From NCBI GenBank assembly GCA_051294375.1, contig CM119263.1, forward strand, positions 27,316,264 through 27,380,263: a stretch of DNA of 64,000 nucleotides, read 5' to 3'. Origin of the DNA: Paraspadella gotoi. Lineage: Eukaryota > Animalia > Chaetognatha. Made by a program: the position numbers and the translations under genes. The notes under the pieces were generated by a model. The model worked only from the letters and a program-made list of their open reading frames with translations, had not been told where the DNA came from and did not search any database. Below, piece after piece: positions 11,827-24,697 of this stretch; position 1 is the stretch's first letter, and every line of letters starts with the position of its first letter.

Positions 11827-12655
11827 TACCTCTCTTGCTCTCTCTGCTCTCTATTTCTATCTTTAGCAATTATTTAGCAATTACTTATCAGTATTTTTTT
11901 CAACCTATTATTTTAAAATTGAAAAAATCAATTTTTTTTTTATTTTAAGAATATTCAAGGTGCAAGCTTGAATTTTGATTCTACTTGATTTAAAAATGTT
12001 TTCTATATTTACTCTCATACGTCCTCGCGTAAAAAAAATGCAAATTATATATATAATCTTATTTGCGATCATTTTTATCTTATCATATTTTCAATTGTTT
12101 TCCAAGCATATTTTCATCATTATTGTTAGATTTATACTTTTTTAGTAATAATATTTTTTAGCTCAAAATCTTAAAATTAAAAAAAGGACAATATAGCAAT
12201 TTTTTTCACTCGTTATTAATTTTCTGTTAAATATTCCTCATAATTTTCCCCCGTTTTTCTTATACTTTCCTTATTTATTTTTTTGTTCATTGGTTTATTT
12301 TAATTGTTTCAATTTGTAATATTTTTTTCTTTCTTTTTCTTTCTTTCTTTCTTTCATTTTTTCTTTTTTTCTTCTTTTTTTCAAAAAAAAACTCCGGATC
12401 CGCGCGACCCATAATCGAACCGCTCGAGCAGAGAGATAGAGACTCGGCGGTGACGAGGGTAAGAGAGAGAGAAAAGAGTAAGTTCGCCGCTGCAGCTCGA
12501 TCGGAATCGACTTTGCAGCCGCGCGGATCCGAAGATAAGGAGAAGGAAGAGGAAGAGGAGTAAGAAAGCCGAGCGAAGTAAGTCGAAGGCAGGAGCAGCC
12601 GCTCTGCCGCGCGCGGCTGCTCCCGGAGCTGCGCTGATACGAGGCTTCTGAGTAT
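11621..12655. repeat. Diverged inverted repeat pair (11621-11830 / 12458-12655) around an AT-rich spacer
   Basis: Four collinear blocks in opposite orientation: ATACTCAG (11621 / rc 12648-12655); GGAGCAGCCGCGCGCGGC (11652-11669 / rc 12606-12623); CGACTCACTT vs CGACTTACTT (11677 / rc 12576-12585); CTCTCTTACC (11821 / rc 12458-12467). Confidence 0.7.
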
Positions 12656-12689
12656 ACCATGAGAGACGAGAGAGAGAGAGAGAGAGAGA

Positions 12690-12720
<31 letters not shown>

Positions 12721-12844
12721 TGAGAGAGAGAGGACTGGACCCGACGATTTGGTCGAGAGGGTGTCGGTCGATGAAGGGCGGATCGGGCAGAGATGAACCC
12801 GCCAGAGAAATAAGAAAGAGGAAGAAGAAGAGAGAGAGAGGATG

Positions 12845-12895
<51 letters not shown>

Positions 12896-15800
12896 CTCTG
12901 AACTAAACAGTTCCAGACAGAGACAATGATTCCTCGTTCCATCGATTTTTCTCTCGCCCACCCGGACCACCACACGCTCAGTTCGACCACCACACGACCA
13001 CACATACTCACACTCTCCCCCACACATCCACAATGCGCTAAGTGCATCATCCGACTTTTAAAATTCCATTCAAATTCGATTTCACACGAGAATCGATTTT
13101 CGAAGCGAATCGTCGGACGCGAAAGAGAACGCGAACCCGACTCCTCTAATGGATTTCGGACGCGGGAGAATTTAGTTGTTGATTGAGAAATTCATCGGAA
13201 CAGTATGCATCCCACACTTTTTGGGTGGTTTGAGTATGGTTAGTAACCGTTGGTTTATACTTAACCACTTTGTTGGAAGGGTTTTACAAACGTTTTACTT
13301 TCCTTGTATCTTTTTATGGAGTTAAATTCTATTCGGCTTCAGATCAAAACCCCTCTCAAACTTATATCCTTTTTGGGTTTAGAACATTACATTACATTAA
13401 ATACTATCGCATTTTTCTCTGGCTTCTCGGTTTTTGGACGCAGCTTTCTTGAAGCAATCGAGAGATCTTTCAGACGCCAATACAAGGTTTCATTTCTTAC
13501 TTTTAATCTATCCAACACTTTCCTCCACTTCTTTTTTATTATTTCTATTCTTTCATGGTTTCATTCTTGCTAATCTTTCATTCTTTCTTTCTATCTATTC
13601 TTTCAATCTTTCTATTCATTTATTATTTCATTCTTTAAATTCTATCATTATCCTTCTCCTCCGGACAATCCCCTTGTCCAGTTCCCACCTGATTTAATAT
13701 CGATGATGCAGCAAAGAAAAAAAAATTCTCTCGTCATCATTTTCTGCCATCGAATCTCGTCTTTCATATCGTCTTTCGCATCGTCTTTCTCTCTTGGTCG
13801 TTTCTCATCTCTAACGGTCGTGGACAATTGCTTGTTATCGTTAGGACGATACGTTTGCAATTATAATCTTTTAAGACTGTTCTTGATTTGCTTTGTCTTC
13901 GTCGTCGGCGGTAGCGGTGACAGCGTCCTCGTCGTCATGTAAACGACCCTCGTCCATGGATGTGCCAGAAATAGCAAGGAGTGGGCGTACTTCGGCGCGA
14001 CTTCCGGTTTATGTAATACGTGACCAAATTTGGGCATCGATCGTTAAGGAGCGAATATTAATCATAAAAGTAACGCGATACATTCTTGCTTAATACGGAA
14101 TTGCAACGTAACTGTATTCTGCTTAGAATTCGAATCGCTTGATGATGAAGACATGACTGGATTATTAGATCGAAGCCCAGAGACATTATTTTCATTTTGG
14201 AGTCCAAAGACGTAACCTTAATTACGAATCATTTTGTTACGTGTTGATAAGCGTTATTTCTAAGTCAGCTCGACGTTTCTCGGCAAAACTCGCTTCTCGC
14301 CGGTGGAAATCAACGAAATTTCGATCGGCGAGAGAGAACAAATTTTCAGCGTTCGAGTTTCCATGGCGACCGAACTCGTCGCTGCGAAATGAATGATATG
14401 ATTGCATTCGGACAAAAATATTCTCTACCAACGTTCTCTCTCTCTCTCTCATTGCGGGCTCGTTTTTTCACCGGGTCGCTCATTAATCACTTTCCCGGAT
14501 ACCAGGTTCTGCCAAAAACCTTTTCAAAACGCCGAAGCAGCGGCGGCGGCGGCGTTACCGACCGCCGGTGTTTACCCAAGGCATTTCCATATGAATAAAT
14601 CCGCACGGGCTGACGGCGTGTGACGTTCGCATTTCGCCCGGGCATACCTCGCTCTGCCCCTCGCTCTTTCCTTTCCTTTCTTTGCCTCTCCATCTCTTCA
14701 ACCCTCATACCGCATATAACACCCTCTCTTAATAATTTTATTTTAATTTCTTTGTCTCCCTCTCTATTATTACCCCTTTTTTCTATCTCTTACCACCTTC
14801 CCTTCTTTTTCCTTTCATCACCTCTTCTCTCCTTTTCCCACTCATATCACCGGGACGACGACGCCGCAAACAATTTTAAATATTGGCTTTTTACGAAATT
14901 TAATTTTCAACGACATCCGGGACTTTGCGACTCGACGACGTCCGATCGTAATTTACTTCTCCATTTCGTTGGCAATAAAAATAAAATTTTACGGAAATTA
15001 CATTGTAAATACGGATAAGGAATCGTTTCGTGAGGGTTTTTTTTGGTGGTATCCAGTAACCGGTTTAACATTTTAATAATTTTATTAATGTTTTTATTAT
15101 TCTTTTCCCCCTTTTTTCTTCTCCGCTACGAACGAATTTATAGGTAAGTCAACATTCGTAGTTAAAAGAACTTTGTTGCACAATTCCTTACGCTTTGGCT
15201 TTGTTAAATATGTTTGTTATTTACTGACTTAATGGTTTGTTTTCGTTCGAACATTTGGCATTTGAGCCAAAAAAGGTTTTCGCCTCCGAAAAAGTCAATC
15301 GGGCGAAGAGAGAGACCAACGTCTTTGTTCCACTTTCTTTCGCCCACGAGTGGAGGAACTTTTATTCTTTGCCCCTTGTCACCCGCCCGCTGGGTTGCTA
15401 TTCTCTGCCCGTCAGTGTTCCATTCTATGCTCCTTACCCCAGCACTCTGGATTTCAATCTTTTTCCCCGTGTCACAGCAGGTTAGGGTTCCGTTCTCTGC
15501 CTCATACCCCAATCAGCCTTGCTCCTATTCCCTACCCAATATTCAAGCCTGCCAGGTCGCTCTTCTCTGCCTTTCTGTTTTGATTCTTTATCCCTTACTC
15601 AAGCCTGTCGATGTTGGGCAAAGATCGTTCGACTTCAATTCATTCATTCAATTTTATTTTCCCTTAAATTTTTCCTTCGAATTTCTCTTCTCTAGCACTT
15701 TCCCATCTTTCTTGTCAAACCTCCCTTCATAATTTCCAAAGTTCTTCATTTCACCGATACAGTTCTTCCCTGCAGACTTCTCGGATCTTTTTCCCGCCCT

Positions 15801-16044
15801 TTCCTTCTGTCCCTTCCCCTCCCTCTACTCTCCTCTTCCACTCACTCCCTCTTTACTTCAAAATGGACACCCTCGCCGTTCTGAATTTCCCCCTCCCCCG
15901 ACATTCAAGTAGTTTTCCCTCTCCTCCCTATTTCCTCTCCTCCAACCCTTCTATTTCCCGGTTCTCCTCCGGTTCTCCTCCAGTCTCCACCCCCCCCGCT
16001 CCCCACCTCCCCTATTTCTCTTCCCCGGTGGCGTCGTCGTCCTC

Positions 16045-16160
16045 GCCGCCGCCAATGAATCCGCCATCTCGCGTTTCTTTCCACGTTGAACGCGTTACTT
16101 CCGGTCGAGCGATTTCCTTTCACTAGCTTCACGTACTCATCCCGAGAGTCACGTGAACGG
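16045..16160. promoter_or_regulatory. Promoter/enhancer-like motif cluster (CCAAT, YY1/Pho, ETS, E-box)
   Basis: CCAAT 16052; CCGCCATCT 16061; ACTTCCGGT 16097-16105; GTCACGTGA 16148-16156, all within ~110 bp of a CpG-rich patch. Confidence 0.4.
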
Positions 16161-17060
16161 CAAAACATCCCCGGCGGGGCGTCGATGATGAGCGGCGCGG
16201 AAAGAGGCAGGGGAGGGGGGAAGATGTGTTGGAGGGTAAGGTTGAGATTGGGGGGACTGGGGGTGGAGTGGCGGGAGTAGTGGGGGGGGTGGCGGAGTGT
16301 TGTTTCTCCCCGTCGCTCGATTCCAAGATTGAAATATTTTCTATGGGCTGCGAAACTCTGGGAGGAGGAGAGAAAGAGAGAGAGGGAATAAAAGGGAGGG
16401 AGAAGATAGAGAGACAGAGAGAGAGATGTGAAAAAAAAATGAAAATAAGAAAAAGGAGAAAAGGAGAAACGCCAAAAATAAAAAATTTAAAAAATTAAGG
16501 AAACTAAAAAAATAAATCAATAATAAAGATAATAAAGATACGAAACTAAAATAATAAATAAATGAAAAGAGAAATGGATTTTCGTGCCAAAGTGAAAACT
16601 CCGGAGGCAAAGGCGATTTGATGTTCTGTTATGATAATTGGCTTACAACCAGATATAATTTAGTATAAATTATCTTAAACCAAGATGTTCAAACTACTTC
16701 GAATATTTTGCGATGGCGTTTGAAAAGAAATAAAAATTGATTACATTCTTTTGTTATTTAGAAAAACCGTTCAGATGCTAAAGAACAGAATCTCTTCGCG
16801 CTATCGTTGTCTGAGAGCTCACCCACGCGCTCTCGCCAGGCGTTTAACGCGTCTCGCGCCGCCCGTCACGCTCCACGCCCACCTCCCAGCGCCACAAAAG
16901 CATCCACCCGGCGGCGGCGGCGGGCGGCGGGTTTATGGGCATCGACTAACCCCGAGCGAAATCCAATTCGCCCTTCCGTTTTGGCTCATTACTTCTGGGA
17001 TCGTAAAAAAAAGAGAGGAAAAAAGGAAAGAAAAAAAGAGAAGGAGAGAGAGGAGAGAGA

Positions 17061-17126
<66 letters not shown>

Positions 17127-17430
17127 AATATAAATAGAATAAAGAGAAAAGCAAGGGAAAGAAAAAGCGAGGAACAAAAAAGAAAGAATGAGAGAGAGAG
17201 GGAGACCGAGTGAAACAAATCGAGAATGGGGGTCCTCGCGAAAAAAAAAGGGAGCAAGAGAGATTTGGGCAATTTGTCCCTTGGTATGCAAAGAGATTTG
17301 CTGCTCGCATTAGGGCATTAGCCTGTGAGGGACATTCACCTTTACGCCACAGCCGAACGAGTCAATAAGCGTTTCTTCCTCTCTTTCTCTCCTTCCTCCT
17401 CCCTTAAATCCCTCTCTCTCTCTCTCTCTC

Positions 17431-17465
<35 letters not shown>

Positions 17466-17591
17466 TCGTCTCGCCTTTCAAAGGCTTTTCCTCTTTCTTT
17501 GCCGTCCGCATGATTACAACTCTGAATAAAACTTTTCGTTTCTCTCCATTTGTTTCGACGTCCTTCTCCTCACATCATCTTATTTTCCAGC

Positions 17592-17626
<35 letters not shown>

Positions 17627-17877
17627 TCTCCCCCGTCAATGTCATTTCTTTTTTTTATTTCAAATTTTTCTTCTCTCAGAAGGCTCGTTCTGCTCTCTCT
17701 CTCTCTCTCTCTCTTCTTCTCTCTCTCTCTTCTCTCTCTCTCTCTTTTCTCTCTCTCTCTGCTTTATGATCTAGTTCGTTCTCTTTTCGTTGATACTAAA
17801 AATATTAGTTTTCCACACATAAACCAACTTTCACTTTCCGTTAAAGACTTATAACTTCTTCATCGGCATCGGCCTCT

Positions 17878-17909
<32 letters not shown>

Positions 17910-17916
17910 TCCTTTA

Positions 17917-17948
17917 TGACGTCACCAAACCCAAATCACGTGACGTCA
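17917..17948. promoter_or_regulatory. Two perfect CRE palindromes plus overlapping E-box
   Basis: TGACGTCA at 17917-17924 and 17941-17948; TCACGTGA at 17936-17943. Confidence 0.4.
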
Positions 17949-19897
17949 AGTTCTCCAGTTGAGCCACGCGATGCATCTTTGTCATGCGAAGGAACTGAGA
18001 CGTAGACACGCCCCCCTTCGCCTCCCCATTTTGCTACAAACGTCGAGCTGTCAGTTCATTCTCATTGACGCTCTTATCGTTATCGTGCGACGTGCCTCTG
18101 CCCATTTCTTCCAGTCTTATCCCATCTCATTTACAAATTCTTTTTTTCTTTTTTTCTTTTCTTTCCTCTATTTTCCTCCACTCTTCTTTTATTCCTCAAC
18201 ATTTCTCGCCCGACTTGCTTTCCTCCACTTTTCTTTACTCCACTATTCTTTTTTCTTTTTTTCTTATACTTTTCTTTTCCTCCCATTTAGTGTTCTTAAA
18301 CTTCCTTTCCTCCTTTTCTCTTTTCTTTCCTCCCTTTTCCTCCGTTCCTTTTCATTCCCGTTCCACTTTCTTCGCNNNNNNNNNNNNNNNNNNNNNNNNN
18401 NNNNNNNNNNNNNNNNNNNNNNNNNNNNNNNNNNNNNNNNNNNNNNNNNNNNNNNNNNNNNNNNNNNNNNNNNNNNNNNNNNNNNNNNNNNNNNNNNNNN
18501 NNNNNNNNNNNNNNNNNNNNNNNNNNNNNNNNNNNNNNNNNNNNNNNGTGAAGAGTCCGGCGAGAGACGGCGACGGCGATGATTAACGTTTGATAACAAA
18601 ATAATTACAAATACTACATTTTATGAGGTAAATGTAATTTCTTTCGGCATTGAAATTTATCTATTACAGTGAGTTTTTTACTTTGTGTCAGAAAGAGAGA
18701 AAAATCGGCATAATCATGGAACGAACGTCTGGACGAGTGAAAAAAAAATTGAAAAATGGATAAAAACCTCACAGTTTCGATGAAAATATAACGAAAAATC
18801 TTTATAATATCAAACGGTGAAAGAGCGAAAGGCCCAACCGATAATGTTGACGTTTTCCCCGCGAGCTTTTTGAAAGGAAAACATTTTTTCAGAATTTTGA
18901 AAAAAAAAGTTGAGAAAAAAAAAACTTTTCCCCAGAACGAAAGTATTTTTAATCCTGGACCAAGAGAAAAAAAAAGGGAGAAAAAATTGCTCGGATCTAA
19001 AGTCGCGTGTTTTCATTTGTTGTTGTAGCAGCGCGGCGGCGGCGNNNNNNNNNNTTCAATTGTACAGAAAGGAAAGCGAGCGGAGGAACGGAGAAACGGA
19101 GGAAAGAAGAAAAAAAAAGAAGGAAGAANNNNNNNNNNTTCAATTGTACAGAAAAGAAAGCGAGTGGAGGAACGGAGGAACGGAGAAAAGAAGAAAAAAA
19201 AGAAGGAAGAAGAAATTAAAATAAGGGAGGAAAAAGGAGGAAGTCGCTGGAAGAAGCAGTAATGCGTTCAATTAAGAGAAATTTTGAAAGAAAAATTTAT
19301 GGAAATAATAGGGAAGGGAATATCGGGTACCGAGGGAAGGAAAGAAAGAATGAATGAGTATTCGTGAGTTTATTTGGGGAGTAAAACATTAAATTAAAGA
19401 AAATTCAAAAGCCAAGACTTTCGAATTGATTTTCTGGTGTTTTTACAAAATTTTGACAAAATTTTGCAAATTCCGGTGACAAAGTTACGCGGAAATATTT
19501 TATTGATGAAATTATTTTTCCGTGTTATCGATGACAAATCTTCGAGATAAACCCTTAACCCTTATTGTAACGATTGTAGAAATCTTAAATGATAATGGTT
19601 GTCCAGATACAAACTCAAAGTTACTTTCTCATTCTTCCTCTTCCATGTTCAGTAGTTTATCTATTGACACTCAACTTAAAATCCTATTCCCCCACATCAT
19701 TTCCCCTCTTAATTTTGACTCCCTCTCAAAAATCTCTTTTTTCCCTTCTGGTCATAAAATACGAAATTCCCTCTTAAATCTTTCCTCGTTTCTTCGGCAT
19801 CTGCATTCTTCGCATCTCACCCCCGCCGCCATCAACTAGTCCGTGCGGACGACGCACACCTGCATTTCTGGCTTTCCTTCTCGTCTCAATCTCTCTC

Positions 19898-19949
<52 letters not shown>

Positions 19950-22900
19950 GCTCTCTCTCTCTCGTCTTCTCTTCTTCTCGCTCTCTCATCCGCCGCCGAA
20001 CGCGAAAGTCTGTATCCCTTCTAATTCCCTTTTAAATCTTACACCGCGAGAAGCAGCGGGATCTCTCCCCCCCTCTCTCTCTCGTATCTCTCCCTCTCTC
20101 TTCCCTCTTCCCTCTCTCTCCACTACTCTCTCTCCTCCTGTATTGTTACCGCCATCTCTTTATTCAACCTCTTACCCGCTCCGTCCCAATCGTCAGAAAC
20201 CACCGCGTAGTAGGAGGGGATGTGAAACGTAGTAGAGACCTTGTGAGCGGGTAGTGAGGCAAAAGAGGGGTACAGGATTGAGTGCAGTGCGTGAGAGGGA
20301 GGCAGAGGGTGAGTGAAAAGACTGAGACATCCTGCTTCCGCTGATGTAGTATTATGTTCGCTTCCAGCCGATTGACCATATTAGTTTTACGATTTTATTT
20401 TCTGTTTTCTCTTTCGAACGCTTTTTTTTCACCTTTGATCCCAGTTTTCTTTCTTTTTTTCCTGACTTCTTTTTTCCCTACTTGATCTTCTTTTTCTTTC
20501 TTCTTTTTTTCTAAAAATAAAAGATTTTTTTTATTTTTCCTTGATTTCCTTTATTCCTTTTCTTACTCCTTACTTCATTTCCTCTACGGTTCTCTTTTTC
20601 TTGTCATCGTAAATGAATTCTTACCTTAAAATCCTATTTGTTCTTCGTTTTTATATTTAAATTTTAATTAGAAATCAAATTTCAAGTCAAGTCTACGTGA
20701 CAGCCGCCTCAATGAAACGCTGCGGACCAGAAATGCATGCTTGACAGGAAAAATACATAAACGTTTTCTAAAGGCCATAAACAAAACGCTAGTGCGGTTT
20801 GGCCAGAAAACGATTGATTAAGTAGTAAACAAACAATCAGATTCTCATTCTGTTTGCATCTTTTCTTATTTTTTCCTTCAGTCGTTTGTTTTACTTCGAA
20901 GCATTCGAAGACGATCGTCGTCGTCGTCGTAGTCTTCATCGTGCGTCATTATGATTCACGAAGTGGTCGCCGCGACGATGTCTGTTCGCTGAACGGAAAA
21001 TACGCGCTTCGGCATTCGCGCCGGCGACTATGCGCGAAGCTTCGTTCGCCGGAAATGCCGAACTAAGCGCCGTTTGCCAGGAGACGGAGTAGAAGAATCT
21101 CCTCNNNNNNNNNNNNNNNNNNNNNNNNNCGTGCCGGGTCGGACCGCCGCCGAGAAACGGAGCCGGCGCCGGGACGGAGCGCCGGCGTCGGCAAAAGGGG
21201 CGCCGCCGGGAGATGAGAGAAAAACCGCGAAGTCTGTCGTCGAAGACGATTGATTTATTTTTTCGGCAGANNNNNNNNNNNNNNNNNNNNNNNNNNNNNN
21301 NNNNNNNNNNNNNNNNNNNNNNNNNNNNNNNNNNNNNNNNNNNNNNNNNNNNNNNNNNNNNNNNNNNNNNNNNNNNNNNNNNNNNNNNNNNNNNNNNNNN
21401 NNNNNNNNNNNNNNNNNNNNNNNNNNNNNNNNNNNNNNNNNNNNNNNNNNNNNNNNNNNNNNNNNNNNNNNNNNNNNNNNNNNNNNNNNNNNNNNNNNNN
21501 NNNAAAAAGACCAGGTGGTTGATCTTCCGATTCTCTTCTCTTCTCTTTGTTTTTCATTATTCCTCCCCTTTTTCCTCACCTTTTTCTCTTTCCTCCCCGG
21601 TCTGTTCACCATCTACTCCGACTCAATGCCCATCTTCAAACCATCTCTAAGTCTCTCTATTTCTTTCCCCATATTTTACTTCTTTCAGATGTTTTCTTTT
21701 AGTGTAAATTCAATTTCGAAAATCTCGTTCGAAGGCAAAAAAAAAAGAAAGAATTTTTTTTTCGTTAAAAATGAAATTTGGTGGAAAAAATAAATAAACA
21801 TCGGAATAAACATTTCCAGAAGATCGGACGGGTTCTTGAATTGAGTCGAAGATACGGAGGAGGGGGATGAGAAATGGGGTGAGTGGGGGTGGTTTTGGGT
21901 GGTAGGAGGGCTTGGAGAAATGGGGGAGTGGGGTGGTTTGGGTGGTAGGAGGTGTTGGAGGTGGTTATTGAGGTATCCAATGGAGTTTTCGACGATTGGT
22001 GAAGATCAATGTGAAATGAAATTTCGAAGCAAATTATTTAAAAAAATTATTTTTTAGATATATTTTGGGGTTTACGATAAGTTACAGTAGCATTTGTCAT
22101 AGCGGCTTCGTCATTGTAATGTAATGTAACGTCGTTGTTGTGCCACAAAAAAAAACAACTGCCCCAATTATCAAGTAGCCGCTAAACGATTTCTATTTCT
22201 TCGAGCCATTAGTGACCAACTTAGACACATCGCAGCGCCAAAAAGGCGACGATGCAGAGCCAGTTATTTTTGGTCTCGGTCCCAAAAAATCTGGTCGTTG
22301 TAAGACGACAAACCCGGAAGTCGTTTCCGTTGGACGCGCGAGAAAATTTGATGCCGATCTGCGAAAATCCGATGTGGATTCGAAGTCGCAGCTGGAAATG
22401 AAGGAATCGATGATGGAGGGTTAGGGTAAGGTGAGGTGAGGTGAGGTGAGTGGGTGGGGAGTGAGGACGAGAATGGTCGGGTTCGTGACGCCCCCGTCGG
22501 AGGCATGAACTAGATTTCGACGAAAAATCANNNNNNNNNNAAACCAAACAAAAACAAAGAGAGAGAGGGAGTCTCTCCACCTGAATCAACATCCAATTAG
22601 CGACGCGCGAAAACCCGAGATCTCTCTCGATCTTCGATTCTTGACATTTCCTCGTGGACAGGCACGGTTGGGGCGAGACCGTCGGAAGATTAATCCGGAT
22701 GTGGACCATTTTTAGTTTTCATGGATGTCGAATTACATTTCTGAGTAATATTTGATCATTGTCCAATGGCAGGGGTAAGATAGCTTATTTATTAAATGAA
22801 TGGATAATTTTTATATTGGTTGTAAAAATATAATGAATTTTTTTTTTACTTTAGTAGTGTTAATTCTCATTGCGTTAAAAATTATATAGTTTCTTTTGGC

Positions 22901-23424
22901 GATTTTTTGTTTAAATTTCTTGTTAATTAGTCATAATCCAGTTAACAAAATGAGGAGCTTCTTTTAGTCGACGCGTTAAATATAGAATACTCCATCCCAG
23001 AAAGGACCGGGAAAGAGGGAGGGAGAAAGAGAGAGAGAGNNNNNNNNNNNNNNNNNNNNNNNNNNNNNNNNNNNNNNNNNNNNNNNNNNNNNNNNNNNNN
23101 NNNNNNNNNNNNNNNNNNNNNNNNACTTTATTTTGCTCAGGTCCTCAGCTCGTCTCTCTCTCTCTCTCTCGTCCACTCTCCCTATCTCCAAACATTGCGG
23201 ATCAAAGAATGAAAAAAAAAAAGAAATATAAAGAAGGAAACGGTTCCCCAAGGTGAAGAGGAAAGAAGGGAGGCACGGCGCATGCGCATGAGCGAGAAAA
23301 TCGTGCGCTCTCGAAAAGCGTCGTCGTCGTCGTCGGAAACCGGAAGCGACGAGAGGCCGGGAGATTTATTTGACGAATAAATTCGAAACCGATTTCAAAA
23401 GTGGCCAAAGATGACGCGGGAACG

Positions 23425-23457
<33 letters not shown>

Positions 23458-23696
23458 TTTCAACCGTCGTAAACAAATTAGACTCCACTTTTTACGTTAA
23501 ACATCATTTTTCGTTTTGTTTGTTTATCCATTTACATCCTCGAGTTTTCGCGCCCTTTTAGTCTTATCTCTCCAGATAAACTTTGTACCACAGGTTCTTT
23601 TTCTCTCTTTCTTGTTTTTCTTTTCTTTATTTACTTTTGTTTTTGTTTTCGTCTGACGAAACGTTCGGAGGTCAGCGTCTGCTTCTGTTTTCTTAC

Positions 23697-23906
23697 GCGT
23701 TTTCTTTTCGCGACATCTTGTGGTAATCGTAAACATTAGATAAGGGATCAGAGGCGGCGGCGGGAGAGGAGGGGACGGCGGAGGCTGCGACGTTAGCGGC
23801 GGTGGCGGTAGCTGCAGCGGTAGCGGCAGCGGCAGCGGCAGCGGCATCGTTGGTGAATCGACGAAGACAGTGGCGCCGCCGGCGACGATCGTGGCGACGA
23901 GAATAC
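23697..23906 (-). CDS. Candidate internal coding exon (210 nt) with poly-Ala tract: ...FTNDAAAAAAAATAAATATAANVAASAVPSSPAAASDPLSNVYDYHKMSRKEN
   Basis: GC-rich island bounded on the minus strand by acceptor ataatttcag|G (23907) and donor GC|GTAAGA (23696). Length is divisible by 3. Two frames are open (poly-Ala or poly-Pro). Host gene not identified. Confidence 0.4.
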
Positions 23907-24630
23907 CTGAAATTATCTCGATGAAAATCTTGGATTCGCTGAGGATCGATTTCTTTGTTTGTAAACAAAACCAGCAACGTCTTTTATTTCTTAGTTTGTT
24001 TCTTTCATCACCGTCCAATTTTCGAAGGAAAAAAAAAAGATAAGAAAAAAAAAAGAAAAATAAGAAAAAAAACTTGGATTTTTTGATTGACTTTTTATCT
24101 GGGTTTTGGTCTGTCTTCGACTTTCTTTCTTTCTATCTTTCTCAACTTTTTAATTAAAGCTTTTATTATATCTTACATTAGATCGTTTTTCATATTTCCA
24201 CCACAATTTGTTTTTCCTTTTCCCTTCTCTCCTTTTCTCTCGCCAAATTCCCGTCCTCAATAATTAATTTCTCCGTCAATAATAACAAAGATAATGACGA
24301 TGATTTGTCCGCCGATTTCGCCCTCTCGTGTTTTCGTTGTCGTTGTTGTTCTCCACGCCCCCTTTCGATCTCGCGGTTGACCTTTTCTTGGCTCGAAGAA
24401 ATAATTGTACCTCGGTACCTGCGCAGAGATTCTCATTATAGTCGGCTACAAATGGATTCTTTTGATTGAGAGAGAGAGAGAGAGAGGAGTTGGAGAGAGA
24501 GGAGAGATGAGGAGAGAGGAGAGAGAGAGGAGAGAGAAGAGAAGTCGAGAGAGAGAGGAGAGAGAGGCCGCAAACAAGGAGAAAAAATGGGGAACAATTC
24601 GAACAAAGCAAATCGAATAATTCTCTCTCT

Positions 24631-24697
<67 letters not shown>

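Noticed and set aside
15214-15732. 172-aa ORF
   Set aside because: Pyrimidine-biased low-complexity translation with no domain motif.
19055-19210. ~70-bp direct repeat (ttcaattgtacagaaa...)
   Set aside because: Each copy begins right after a 10-N gap; likely a scaffolding overlap or allelic redundancy.
20940-21250. GC-rich stretch spanning a 25-N gap as a coding exon
   Set aside because: No recognisable protein in the frames I translated and no convincing splice sites; the gap prevents frame assessment.
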